The notes: generated by a model not told the origin, from the letters alone. A stretch of 64,000 nucleotides of DNA from Fimbriimonadales bacterium (GCA_045862955.1 BTVI01000001.1:100920-164919), one strand, 5' to 3'. Shown: positions 21,610 to 31,946, numbered from the stretch's first letter. Numbers and translations are program-made.

Positions 21610-22989
21610 ATGCGCACGGTTATCGAACCCTTTCGCATAAAGAGCGTGGAGCCGATCCGCTTTACGACTCGAGAGGAACGTGAGATACTTCTGCGACAGG
21701 CACACTACAACCCCTTCCTACTTCACGCAGACGACGTAATGTTCGACCTGCTGACGGACAGCGGCACTGCCGCCATGTCTTCGGCACAGTGGGCTGCGAT
21801 CATGCAGGGCGACGAGAGCTACGCCGGCAGCCGGAGCTTCTACCGCTTCGAGGAAGTGGTGAAGGATATCACCGGACTGAAGCACGTGATCCCGACGCAT
21901 CAAGGCCGAGCAGCGGAGAGGATCCTTTTCTCGCTGGTGGCGGGTGAGGGCCTGGTAATCCCCAGCAACAACCACTTCGACACTACACGCGCGAACATCG
22001 AACACACCGGGGCGGAAGCACTGGATCTCGTGATTCCCGAGGGCAAAGACCCGTCCTCGATGCACCCCTTCAAGGGGAATGTGGACTTGAACAGGTTGGA
22101 GGACTTGATCAAGGAGCTTGGCAGGGACGGCATCCCGCTAGGCATGGTCACAGTCACCAACAACGCGGGCGGGGGCCAGCCGGTCTCGATGGAGAACATT
22201 CGCGAGGTGTCTCGCTTGCTCCACGAGAACGGGATTCCCTTTTTCCTCGATGCGTGCCGTTTCGCTGAGAACGCGTACTTTATCAAGATGCGCGAGCCGG
22301 GCTACGAGGACAAGAGCCCGAAGGAGATCGCGCGCGAAATGTTCTCGTACTGCGACGGCGCCACGATGAGCTGCAAGAAAGACGGCTTGTGCAATATCGG
22401 CGGCTTCCTGGCACTCAACAGTGACGGTCTGGCGCAGCGGGCGAGGGCCAACCTCATCCTGACCGAAGGCTTTCCGACCTACGGGGGGCTCGCCGGGCGC
22501 GACCTCGAGGCGATGGCGGTCGGCCTGACCGAGGTGCTGGACCCCCACTACCTCGAGTACCGCATGGCAAGCACGCGCTATTTCACGCGGAAACTGAACG
22601 AGGAAGGCGTCGCGACCGTACAGCCGCCAGGTGGTCATGCAGCCTACATCGATGCGAGAGCGTTCTTGCCTCACGTGCCCATCGAGCAGTACCCCGGCCA
22701 GGCCCTGGTCTGTGCTCTCTATTTGGTAGGGGGTATCCGTGGAGTGGAGATCGGAAGCGTGATGTTCGGAAAGCACACGGCTTCGGGAGAGACCTTCGCC
22801 GACATGGACCTGGTGCGCCTCGCCGTGCCGAGACGGGTGTACACGCAAAGTCATGTGGATTACATGGCGGAGGTGATTCTCGAGGCATTCGAGCAGCGAG
22901 AGTCGGTGCACGGGTACCGAATCACGCAGCAGGCGCCGACCCTGCGACACTTCACGGCACATTTCGAGCCGCTAAGTAATGCAGGATAG
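21610..22989 (+). CDS. tnaA: Tryptophanase (beta-eliminating lyase family)
   Basis: EPFRIKSVE, DLLTDSGT, PLP lysine in MSCKKD; C-terminal LRHFTA (His, as in tryptophanase, versus LRFFTA in tyrosine phenol-lyase). Confidence 0.85.
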   Translation: MRTVIEPFRIKSVEPIRFTTREEREILLRQAHYNPFLLHADDVMFDLLTDSGTAAMSSAQWAAIMQGDESYAGSRSFYRFEEVVKDITGLKHVIPTHQGRAAERILFSLVAGEGLVIPSNNHFDTTRANIEHTGAEALDLVIPEGKDPSSMHPFKGNVDLNRLEDLIKELGRDGIPLGMVTVTNNAGGGQPVSMENIREVSRLLHENGIPFFLDACRFAENAYFIKMREPGYEDKSPKEIAREMFSYCDGATMSCKKDGLCNIGGFLALNSDGLAQRARANLILTEGFPTYGGLAGRDLEAMAVGLTEVLDPHYLEYRMASTRYFTRKLNEEGVATVQPPGGHAAYIDARAFLPHVPIEQYPGQALVCALYLVGGIRGVEIGSVMFGKHTASGETFADMDLVRLAVPRRVYTQSHVDYMAEVILEAFEQRESVHGYRITQQAPTLRHFTAHFEPLSNAG

Positions 22990-23171
22990 ATAGTGCAGTT
23001 TTCCACGAAATAGCGTCCGACGCGTCCCATTTCGGCGCAAATCCTGCTAGAATGCACGAAAGAAGCAACGGGCGAATCAGCGTTCGTCGGAATGCGCTTT
23101 CCTGACTGCACAACGTGAACCTTACGACAGTTGCGGCGCGGCTCGCCCCCCCAAGACCGCGTCAGCGACTG

Positions 23172-23215
23172 GAATAGCGGCCGCAACCTCCCCCCGGTTG
23201 CGGCCCGCTCTATTC
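23172..23215 (+). terminator. GC-rich hairpin (possible terminator or sRNA 3' end)
   Basis: GGCCGCAACC/GGTTGCGGCC perfect 10-bp stem extended by GAATAG/CTATTC; no clear U tract. Confidence 0.45.
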
Positions 23216-23380
23216 GTGCCGCAGGGCTAAGGAACCTCGCCAGCGCGAGTCATGTTTAATACGACTGTCTGCACAGGCCCCGTCACCGTGGAATGGCTCG
23301 ATGGCGCCTCGGGGCTTCCCGGCCAAGCCGAGATGCGAAACCGGCCGGGTGCGGATTGTGAGGAATCTAGGAGGTACTGC

Positions 23381-26263
23381 ATGTTCTTTCGTCTCTCGCG
23401 CTTGGCGCTTCCCTCCTTAGTGCTGATTCCGGCGATGATGTTGGCGGTGTCGGCGCTGGGGCAGTCGGAATTCGATGGCCGAGACCCTGTGGCCACAGTT
23501 ACGGTAACTCCGCCCTCCGTCGTGGAGGACGAGATGGACGTGTACAACCGGATGATGCTCCGGCCGTTCGAGCTGACTTGGTCATGGCGACCGATGAAGC
23601 AGGACAACACCGAGCCACCTAAGATCAAGCCTGGGAAGGTGTGGAACTTCGACATCATTCAGCGGGGCGGAAGCGAGGTCGGCTTGGCGGATATCGGCTG
23701 GGATAGCGTGTCGTCGGGGTCGGTCTGGCCGCCCGACCCGATTCTAGCCGTAGGGCCCAATCACGTTCTGGTCGCGACGAACGCAGGCTTTCGCATCTAC
23801 AACAAGTCCGGAAGTCAGACTTACTCTTCTTCGTTCGGGACCTTCTTCAGCGGGCTTGCGGGGTTCACGTTCACGTCGGACCCGCGTGTGATTTACGATC
23901 ATGATAGCGGTCGGTGGTTCCTGCTGATTTTAGGGCTCAACAACAGCTACTACTCGTGGTACCTGCTCGCAGTCTCCGACGACAGCGATCCGAACGGCAC
24001 TTGGAAGAAGTACGCTATCGACTCCACTCTGAACGGGGGGACGAGCACTAACAACATGTCGGACTACCCCGGCATGGGTGTCAGCCAGGATGCGCTGTAT
24101 ATCACGGCAAACATGTTCAACCGGAGCACATGGAGCTTTCAGTACGTCAAGCTGCGCGTGATCCCCAAGCAGCAGTTGCTGGACTTCGCTAGCAGCATCA
24201 CCTACAGCGACCTGTGGAGCATCACGAACGCAGACGGCAGCACGGCCTTCACTATCCAGCCGGCTCAGCACTGGGGCACGCCACAGGCACCGTTTCTCGC
24301 GGATGTTCAGGGCAGTAACAAGGTGAACGTCTTCGGTGTGAACAATCCGCTCGGCACCCCGTCGCTTACGAAGCGGAGCGCTACAGTAACATCGTTCTCC
24401 GCTCCGCCGTCCGCAGTTCAGCAGGGCGGATCGGTCCGACTCGACACCATCGACACTCGAACGTACAACTCCGTGTGGCGCAATAACTCGATCTACTTCG
24501 CGCACACCATCGGGCAAAGCAGCGTAGCTGCATGTCGCTGGTACCAGCTCAACACGTCCAACTGGCCGACTTCGGTGAGCGTCACCACGAGCGGCACCGT
24601 AATCACGAGCGGCGTGTACCAGTGGTTCCCGTCGGTAGCAGTCAACCAAGATAACACGTTGTTCATGGGATTCTGCCGTGCCAGTAGCAACGAGTATGCG
24701 TCCATCTACTATGCCTACCGACTGGCATCGGATCCGCCCGGCCAGATGACGGTACCGACGGTCATCAAGGCAGGCACCCGATACTACACCGGTGAGGGCG
24801 GCAGCCCGGTACGGTGGGGCGACTACACCGGCACCGTCGTAGACCCTCAGGACGACAGGACCTTCTGGCATTTCAACGAGTATCCGCACGCCACTTCGAG
24901 TAGCACCTGGCGGACATGGGTTCAACAAGTTACGTTGACCCCACCCGGCGATCCGACGACACTCACTGTAGCCAACGTGGCTGGCCAGATCGGCGCAACC
25001 GTCACTCTGAGTGCCACACTAACGCGCGACTCGGACGGAGCTCCCGTTTCGGGTAAGTCCATCAGTTTCAAGGTGGCATCGAACAGCGTCGGGTCCGGCA
25101 CCACGAACGGTAGCGGAGTAGCAACGGTCAACTACACGATTCCGCCTAGCCTCGGCACCGGCATCAAGTCCATCCAGGCCGACTTTGCCGGGGACGGCAC
25201 CTACGCAGCCTCCACGGGTAGCGGAAACCTCAACGTGTCAAAGGCCAATTCCGTGGTCGAGGCCTACGACGCATCCGGACACCTCGGCGAGAGCGTTAGT
25301 CTGAGTGCGAAACTCACCCGCGCGACAGATGGGGCGCCGCTCCAGGGGCAGAGCTTGAGGTTCAAAGTCCAGGGCTCAATCGTTGGAAGCGGAGACACTG
25401 GTACGAACGGCATTGCCACCATCAACTACACTCCTCAAGAGGGCGATGGCATCGGGGTCAAGACGCTAACGGTCGAGTTCGATGGCGATACGCTGCACAA
25501 CGCATCCAGCGGCACCGCAACCATGACCGTCCTAGCAGCGAACACCTCGGTGACACCAAACAATGCGAGCGGGACGAGCGGGCAGCCGGTGACGCTGACT
25601 GCGACGCTTCGACGTACCACGGATAACTTGCCCCTAGTCGGACGAACGGTGGCCTTCGACGTCGGTGGCTTCTCGGCGGGCTCCGCGGTCACGGGAGTCG
25701 GTGGAGTCGCCACGGTTAACTGGGTCATCCCGCCTGCCTTGGGTACTGGGCCTAAGACGATTACCGCGTCGTTTGCCGGCGACAGCCTTTACAACGCCTC
25801 GAGCGGCACAGCCACACTCGATGTGGCCCCCGGCGGCTCGACGGTGAGCGGCGTCGTGACGCTCGAGCAGTACCTAGGCGGTCCTGGCCAGAGCGCAACG
25901 ATCGAGTTCCGCGAGATCCCGTCGGGCACAGTGCTGCACAGTGCGACGATCGTGCTGGACGGCGCGGGGAACTACTCGACGCCCGATGTGCCGAATGGCA
26001 CCTACGACGTGGCGGTCAAGTTCGTCAACTGGCTCCGGCAGGTGGTGCCCGGCGTCACGGTCTCCGGCCCGACCACGGTCAACTTCTCCTTGTTCAACGG
26101 CGATGTGGACAACTCGAATGGTGTGGACCTCGTCGACCTGAACGCCATCCTGGCAACATTCGGGAATCCGGGGGGCTACGGTGACCTCAACTGGGACGCC
26201 GTCGTCAACCTGGTGGATCTGAACATCGTTCTCGCAAACTTCGGAATGACCGGAGCACCGTAA
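23381..26263 (+). CDS. Secreted protein: beta-rich N-terminal domain, three Ig-like repeats, C-terminal dockerin-like module
   Basis: ATG after AGGAGG; signal peptide; PPDPILAVGPNH motif; three VTLSATLTR...FAGD repeats; twin DxxxxxxVxLxDL calcium-loop repeats at the C-terminus. Confidence 0.85.
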   Translation: MFFRLSRLALPSLVLIPAMMLAVSALGQSEFDGRDPVATVTVTPPSVVEDEMDVYNRMMLRPFELTWSWRPMKQDNTEPPKIKPGKVWNFDIIQRGGSEVGLADIGWDSVSSGSVWPPDPILAVGPNHVLVATNAGFRIYNKSGSQTYSSSFGTFFSGLAGFTFTSDPRVIYDHDSGRWFLLILGLNNSYYSWYLLAVSDDSDPNGTWKKYAIDSTLNGGTSTNNMSDYPGMGVSQDALYITANMFNRSTWSFQYVKLRVIPKQQLLDFASSITYSDLWSITNADGSTAFTIQPAQHWGTPQAPFLADVQGSNKVNVFGVNNPLGTPSLTKRSATVTSFSAPPSAVQQGGSVRLDTIDTRTYNSVWRNNSIYFAHTIGQSSVAACRWYQLNTSNWPTSVSVTTSGTVITSGVYQWFPSVAVNQDNTLFMGFCRASSNEYASIYYAYRLASDPPGQMTVPTVIKAGTRYYTGEGGSPVRWGDYTGTVVDPQDDRTFWHFNEYPHATSSSTWRTWVQQVTLTPPGDPTTLTVANVAGQIGATVTLSATLTRDSDGAPVSGKSISFKVASNSVGSGTTNGSGVATVNYTIPPSLGTGIKSIQADFAGDGTYAASTGSGNLNVSKANSVVEAYDASGHLGESVSLSAKLTRATDGAPLQGQSLRFKVQGSIVGSGDTGTNGIATINYTPQEGDGIGVKTLTVEFDGDTLHNASSGTATMTVLAANTSVTPNNASGTSGQPVTLTATLRRTTDNLPLVGRTVAFDVGGFSAGSAVTGVGGVATVNWVIPPALGTGPKTITASFAGDSLYNASSGTATLDVAPGGSTVSGVVTLEQYLGGPGQSATIEFREIPSGTVLHSATIVLDGAGNYSTPDVPNGTYDVAVKFVNWLRQVVPGVTVSGPTTVNFSLFNGDVDNSNGVDLVDLNAILATFGNPGGYGDLNWDAVVNLVDLNIVLANFGMTGAP

Positions 26264-26290
26264 GCGGCCCGCTCTGAACATTCGACCTCG

Positions 26291-26321
26291 GAAGGGGCGC
26301 CTTTTCGGCGCCCCTTCTTTC
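26291..26321 (+). terminator. Rho-independent terminator
   Basis: GAAGGGGCGCC-TTTTC-GGCGCCCCTTC followed by TTT, downstream of the stop at 26263. Confidence 0.8.
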
Positions 26322-26541
26322 TAGATCAGGGTTAGGCGGCAAAGCGGGGAACCGCTTCGGCACGCTATGTGTTGACTCCTAACGCAGAGGTTCCGATTCG
26401 GAATGTGCTGGCCTTACCCGCGTTTTCGGGTGATCTGCGGGGGACCGCGGATTCCGAATCGACTTTTGCTCATCCGCGCACTGAGCCCAGGCTAATCGCG
26501 AGGGCCGCGGTGCATACATCTAGGAGTTTGGAGGCGAACCT

Positions 26542-29484
26542 GTGCTTAGGTTGGCATTAGCCGCAATGGCCGTGGTTCTGGCGCTGGCCGCCGGAGCGGC
26601 AGAGAGCAAGCAGGCCGCACTGCAGCGGCTGGAGCGCGATTATCCCGCCGTTCGGTTTTTTACATCGGAGGGCAAGCTTAGCCGTGTTTACGGCACCAAG
26701 ATGTCCGCGTTCGGGACCCCGGAGCGGTCGGCCGATGCGTTCTTGAGGTCCTATAGCGCCGCGTTCGGCGTTCCCGCCAGCAACCTCGTGTTCGAGGCCC
26801 AGCACGAACTGATGCGGGGCAAGTTCACGGTGTTGCACTACCGACAGTTCTGCAACGGTCTAGAAGTGGACCGAGCCTGGCTCACCGTGCTGGTGAAGAA
26901 CGAACCCGGCTACCCGGTAGTGTTGGCGTCCGCCAACGTGTACGACATCAACAACGTGGCCTTGACACCCATTCGGATCGGTGCCCAGGATGCAATAGCC
27001 CGCTGGGCACGCTGGTATCCCGACTTCACCTTCGGGCAGCCGGAGTTCATCGTGTATGCGCAGGACGGTATGGCTACCTACGCCTACCGGTTCACGGGCA
27101 GCAACGGCAACCCGGATGACCCCGAAGCCTACGAGTTCATCGTTGACGCGTCGAAGGCCGATGCGCCACTGCTGCGGATGGAAGACCGCATCCTTTACGT
27201 GGATGTCACCGGTCAAGTGCTGGGCTACGCGACGCCCGGCGTGAAGCCAGACCGCGCGGACAACCCGCCCACAATCCAACCCATCCGGGACATCTGGGTC
27301 AGGCTGACAGGCGGCAACGCAGCCTACACGGACGCGAGCGGCAACTACGTGATCCCGCACGGTGGCAGTTCGGACGTTACGCTGAGCACTTCCGTCGGCG
27401 GATCGGGCTCGACGCAGGCTGGTCGGTGGGTCAGGATTACCACTGCGGCAGGCTCTATTCTGTCTATGTCGCAGACGGTGACGCCCCCGGGACCCGGCAA
27501 CTTCCTGTACAATCCGACCCCGTCGGAGTACCTAACGGCGCAGATGAACGGCTTCATCTGGACGACGAACATTCACAACTTCGTCAAGCAGCACGTGCCC
27601 ACATACCCGGGTGTGGACGTTCAGCTTCCGTGCAACGTGAACCTGAACAACACCTGCAACGCCTACTACGACTATAGCTCGATCAACTTCTACCGATCGG
27701 GCGGTGGCTGTCCGAACACGGCATACTCCTCGGTCATCGCTCACGAGTATGGTCACCACATCGTGTACAGCGGCCATACGAGTGCAACTGGGGACTACCA
27801 CGAGGGTATGGCCGACGTGTCGTCAGCGCTCCTCCTACAGGACCCGTGCCTCGGCTATGGCTTCCTGGGAGGCAACGCGTGTCTACGCAACTGCTATAAC
27901 TCGGTGAACTACCCCTGCTCCGGCGAGGCGCATCTATGCGGGCAAGTCCTCTCTGGCGCCTTCTGGCTCACTCGAGATCAGTTGATGATCACCGAGCCCG
28001 TGGAGTACCACAACATCATCAGCGAGCTGTGGCTCAACTCGATTCTCCTGCGCCCGCCGTCGGTCAGCCCCGGCATCACCATCGACGTGCTAACGCTCGA
28101 CGACGACAACGGTGACATCGCCGATGGCACACCACACTACAACGAGATCGCGACGGGCTTCGGGGCGAAGAACCTCACAGCCCCTCCGCTCTCGCTGCTG
28201 AAGTTCACCTTCCCGGACGGGCAGCCCGAGACCGTGAGCCCGGCAGGCGGCACTACGATGCGGGTCGTAGTGAGTGCTCTGTCCAAGCAGCCGCAGCCCG
28301 GCACCGGCAAGCTGCACTACAGCACCGGCGGTGGTTACACCGAGATACCGATGAACGAGGTTTCGCCGAACGTCTACGATGCGGTGTTCCCAGCCGTACC
28401 GTGTGGCACGACGATCAACTACTACGTGTCCGCAAGGACCACGGAAAACACCCTGGTCACCTCGCCATCCAACGCTCCTACGAGCACCTATAAGACCATC
28501 AGCGCAAGCAGCCTGGTCACCGTGTTCAGCGACAACTTCAACACGAACCAAGGTTGGACTGTGCAGAATAGCTCTGGGCTCACCGCGGGAGCTTGGCAGC
28601 GCGCCATCCCGAACGGTGGTGGAACCCGAGGCGACCCGCCTAGCGACTACGACGGGTCCGGCTACTGCTACGTTACGCAGAACGGAGCCGGTGACACCGA
28701 TGTGGACGGCGGAACTACCTACCTGATCTCGCCGACGTTCGACCTAAGCGGCGGTGATGCCATCATCAGCTACGCACGCTGGTACTCCAACAACTTCGGA
28801 AACGACCCGTACAACGACGTGTTCATCGTGTCCGTCTCCAACAACAACGGCGCCTCGTGGGTCACTGCCGAGGTGGTCGGGCCCACTGGGCCACAGGTCG
28901 AGGGCGGCTGGTACACCAGCTCGTTCAAGGTCGGTGACTACGTGACGCCCAACGCGACCGTCAAAGTGCGCTTCGAGGCGGGCGACCTGAACGCCGGGTC
29001 GGTTATCGAGGCCGGCGTGGATGCCTTCAAGGTAACGCAGATCGGATGCGAGATCCCGGCATCGCTGTCGGGCACCGTCACGCTGAACGGTCTGATCCCG
29101 TCGCCAGCGGGCATCAACCTCACCATCGAGTTCCGCAACCCCGGGACGCAGACCGTCGTGGCCTCCTATCCGGTCACGCTGAACGGCTCGGGCGGCTACT
29201 CGGTGCCCAGCGTTCTATCCGGCACGTTCGACATCGCCGTCAAGCACGCGAACTGGCTTCGCCAAGTGCTCGCATCGCAGAACGTGAGCGGCGCAACGGT
29301 AGCCAACTTCTCGCTGCTCAACGGCGACGCCAACTACGACAACTCGGTAGACCTGGTAGACCTGAATGCCGTTCTCGCCGCATTCGGGTCGACTGGACAA
29401 TCCGACCTCAACTGGGACGGCACGGTGGACTTGCTCGACCTGAACATCGTGCTCAATAACTTCGGGTTCGTCGGCGCGCCGTAG
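26542..29484 (+). CDS. Secreted M4/M36-like gluzincin metallopeptidase with propeptide, beta-sandwich domains and C-terminal dockerin-like module
   Basis: GTG after GGAGG; signal peptide; FTP-like propeptide (LHYRQFCNGLEV); NAYY, HEYGH and EGMAD zinc motifs; same tail as 23381..26263. Confidence 0.88.
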   Translation: MLRLALAAMAVVLALAAGAAESKQAALQRLERDYPAVRFFTSEGKLSRVYGTKMSAFGTPERSADAFLRSYSAAFGVPASNLVFEAQHELMRGKFTVLHYRQFCNGLEVDRAWLTVLVKNEPGYPVVLASANVYDINNVALTPIRIGAQDAIARWARWYPDFTFGQPEFIVYAQDGMATYAYRFTGSNGNPDDPEAYEFIVDASKADAPLLRMEDRILYVDVTGQVLGYATPGVKPDRADNPPTIQPIRDIWVRLTGGNAAYTDASGNYVIPHGGSSDVTLSTSVGGSGSTQAGRWVRITTAAGSILSMSQTVTPPGPGNFLYNPTPSEYLTAQMNGFIWTTNIHNFVKQHVPTYPGVDVQLPCNVNLNNTCNAYYDYSSINFYRSGGGCPNTAYSSVIAHEYGHHIVYSGHTSATGDYHEGMADVSSALLLQDPCLGYGFLGGNACLRNCYNSVNYPCSGEAHLCGQVLSGAFWLTRDQLMITEPVEYHNIISELWLNSILLRPPSVSPGITIDVLTLDDDNGDIADGTPHYNEIATGFGAKNLTAPPLSLLKFTFPDGQPETVSPAGGTTMRVVVSALSKQPQPGTGKLHYSTGGGYTEIPMNEVSPNVYDAVFPAVPCGTTINYYVSARTTENTLVTSPSNAPTSTYKTISASSLVTVFSDNFNTNQGWTVQNSSGLTAGAWQRAIPNGGGTRGDPPSDYDGSGYCYVTQNGAGDTDVDGGTTYLISPTFDLSGGDAIISYARWYSNNFGNDPYNDVFIVSVSNNNGASWVTAEVVGPTGPQVEGGWYTSSFKVGDYVTPNATVKVRFEAGDLNAGSVIEAGVDAFKVTQIGCEIPASLSGTVTLNGLIPSPAGINLTIEFRNPGTQTVVASYPVTLNGSGGYSVPSVLSGTFDIAVKHANWLRQVLASQNVSGATVANFSLLNGDANYDNSVDLVDLNAVLAAFGSTGQSDLNWDGTVDLLDLNIVLNNFGFVGAP

Positions 29485-29509
29485 ACTGCGCTGTACCGAC
29501 GGACGGATC

Positions 29510-29546
29510 CCGAGCCCGAGGGCTGGTGCCCTCGGGCTCGGCGTTT
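29510..29546 (+). terminator. Rho-independent terminator
   Basis: 14-bp stem CCGAGCCCGAGGGC/GCCCTCGGGCTCGG with 4-nt loop, followed by CGTTT. Confidence 0.75.
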
Positions 29547-29627
29547 GCGTGGGACCAGCGCAAACCTCCTCGGCCCCGCATGCGTTAGCTAGTACAATGA
29601 CCGAACTTCGAGAGGAGGAGACTGACT

Positions 29628-30245
29628 ATGCACTTCATTGAGATTGCGGCAAAGCCGCTGCCGGAGAAGATCTACAACACCGAGGCGAACGGCATCTCTC
29701 GCCGAACGCACGACGAGCACTACAAGCTGTATCAAGGGTATGTGAACAAGACCAACGAGGTCCGAAAGGCGCTCGCCGCGCTCACGGACGAGGACTTCGC
29801 CGCGGGGAACCAAGTGTATTCAAAGATTCGGTCGCTGAAGACCGACCTGACGTTCGCACTGGGCGGCGTGTACAACCACGAGGTCTACTTCGACATCCTC
29901 GGCGGCAAGGGTGGGCCGCCCACGGGTCGAGTGGCCGAGCTGATTCAGCGCGACTTCGGTTCCTACGAGAATTGGGCACGGGACCTGAAGGCCACCGGCA
30001 TGGCCGCGCGTGGCTGGGCCTGGACCGCTGTGAACCACGCGACCGGTGAGCTATTCAACTATCTGGGTGATGCGCAGAACACCTTCCCGGTTTGGGGCGC
30101 GACGCCGATTCTTGCGCTGGACACCTACGAGCACGCGTACTATCTGGACTACGGCGTAGCGCGCGCGGGTTACATCGACGCGTTCCTGAAGTCTATTGAC
30201 TGGGACGCCGTGAACGCCCGCCTGGCTGCTGCCCCTGGGCAATAG
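29628..30245 (+). CDS. sod: Fe/Mn superoxide dismutase
   Basis: SD GAGGAGG; metal ligands in THDEHY, NHEVYF and LALDTYEHAYYLDY. Confidence 0.9.
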   Translation: MHFIEIAAKPLPEKIYNTEANGISRRTHDEHYKLYQGYVNKTNEVRKALAALTDEDFAAGNQVYSKIRSLKTDLTFALGGVYNHEVYFDILGGKGGPPTGRVAELIQRDFGSYENWARDLKATGMAARGWAWTAVNHATGELFNYLGDAQNTFPVWGATPILALDTYEHAYYLDYGVARAGYIDAFLKSIDWDAVNARLAAAPGQ

Positions 30246-30513
30246 AACCGCTCTTCCCGGCTCATCGTCATCGGTAGGCAAGCGTAGGCCGCGGCACCTC
30301 CCGGTCCGCGGCCCGACGTCCCTAGGGAGGACCGGGCCTCGATGCCCTGGCCCGCGCCCGCCGAATGGCGTCCACACATCGCACAGCGCGAACTCGAGGA
30401 CCGCGCCGGGGCATCCCTAGAAAGTGCCGAGAGTGCCGGCGATGCCTGCCTCTCTCAGCGGGCATACTGGGCTCCTGTGGGGAGCCGGCGGCCACGGTTC
30501 GCTGTGGTTCTAG

Positions 30514-31944
30514 CTAGCGTGCCGGTGGTGGCTGGGCGGCGGCTTCCTTCGCCTTCTGGGCTTCCACGAAGGGCTTGATGTAGGCTTGGGCCTTCTCCTT
30601 GGTGCTGATGTCCGGGAGCTGCAGCGGCGCGGTCGCACCCAGCTTTGCCCGCACGAGCGTCGTTGCCAACCGGCTCTGCTGCGCCAAGTCGAGCGCCTTG
30701 GCCAGAACTCGCGCACACTCCTGCGGCGCATGGAAGCCCATGCCGTTGTTCGCGGCAACATAGTCCCAGTACATCTGCGCTTTCGAGATCAGCTTGCGCG
30801 GGGTCTCCAGTTCGGCATCGGTCGCACCGAGCCTGATCGCATCACCGATCTCCAGATGGCCCGCTGTGATCGCCTCCTCCGCACGGGTCAGCATCTCGCG
30901 GTTTTTGTCTTGAATGGCGGTAACCCGGCTGCGTACTTCCTGTTCGGACCACTTGTGGCATACCTGGCAGGAGTTGGCAATGTTGTACAGCGGGCTGCGC
31001 ACTTGGTGATCGGTGAACTTCACGCCGCCTTCGGTCTTGTACGGCATGTGGCAGTCGGCACACGATACGCCACGGAATGCGTGGATGCCCTGCATATACA
31101 CTTCCCAATCGGGGTGCTGCATCTTGATCATCTTCGCTCCACTGATGGCATGCACCCAATCGGTGTGTTGCACTTCGTCGTAGAACTTCTCCATTGCCTC
31201 TGCGGTCAGGCCGTACTTCCAAGGAAAGACCAGGTAGTTCTCCTTCTTGCCGCGGAAGTAGTACTCGACGTGGCACTGGGCGCACACGAGGGAGCGCATC
31301 TCCTGATGGGTAACCTTCGTGATGTCCTTGCCCATCGCCTGAAAGGCCTCGCGCAACGCCGGACGGGATATGCGCAGGGCCATCGTCTTATTGTCGTGGC
31401 AGTCCGCACAGCCGATAGGGTTCTTGACCTCTCCCCGCATCGCGAGGAAGTTGCCGGAGTAGAACTTGGCAGGCCCCATCTCGGCCATCAGCCTCGGGAC
31501 GTCGGGGCTCTTGCAGGTGTAGCAGGTGCCGGGGGACTTGTCGGTGATGCGTTTGGTCTTCAGCACGTCGTTCAAGCTATGGTAGTGCCCACGAGCCTGA
31601 GCATAGTCTTTCGCGAAGGCGTATCCCGCCCACATGATCACCAGCCTGGGATTGTCAGCGAGGTAATCGCGGAAGCCCGAGCCGCCGTACTTGGTGTTCT
31701 CGTCGGTCTTCTTGGTCAGCTCCCACGAGTTGTACTCGCGAGGGAAGTTGACACCCCACTTGGAGTTGTCGGACTCCCACTCAGCGATGGGCTGGATCAT
31801 TTGCAACGCTAGGTATCGGGTCTCGGCGCGCCGCTCGGTGATCGAGGTGGCGAGCAGGCCGAGAATCACGACCCCCAAGACGCTGCCGAGAAAAACGAAC
31901 CATCCGAGCCAAGTGCTCCCCTTCCTCTTTGGTGTGACTTCCAT
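30514..31944 (-). CDS. nrfA: Ammonia-forming cytochrome c nitrite reductase catalytic subunit
   Basis: Five heme sites: CYTCK (Lys-ligated), CADCH, CAQCH, CADCH, CQVCH; KMQHPD; N-terminal TM helix; ATG at 31944. Confidence 0.95.
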   Translation of the reverse strand: MEVTPKRKGSTWLGWFVFLGSVLGVVILGLLATSITERRAETRYLALQMIQPIAEWESDNSKWGVNFPREYNSWELTKKTDENTKYGGSGFRDYLADNPRLVIMWAGYAFAKDYAQARGHYHSLNDVLKTKRITDKSPGTCYTCKSPDVPRLMAEMGPAKFYSGNFLAMRGEVKNPIGCADCHDNKTMALRISRPALREAFQAMGKDITKVTHQEMRSLVCAQCHVEYYFRGKKENYLVFPWKYGLTAEAMEKFYDEVQHTDWVHAISGAKMIKMQHPDWEVYMQGIHAFRGVSCADCHMPYKTEGGVKFTDHQVRSPLYNIANSCQVCHKWSEQEVRSRVTAIQDKNREMLTRAEEAITAGHLEIGDAIRLGATDAELETPRKLISKAQMYWDYVAANNGMGFHAPQECARVLAKALDLAQQSRLATTLVRAKLGATAPLQLPDISTKEKAQAYIKPFVEAQKAKEAAAQPPPAR

Positions 31945-31946
31945 GG

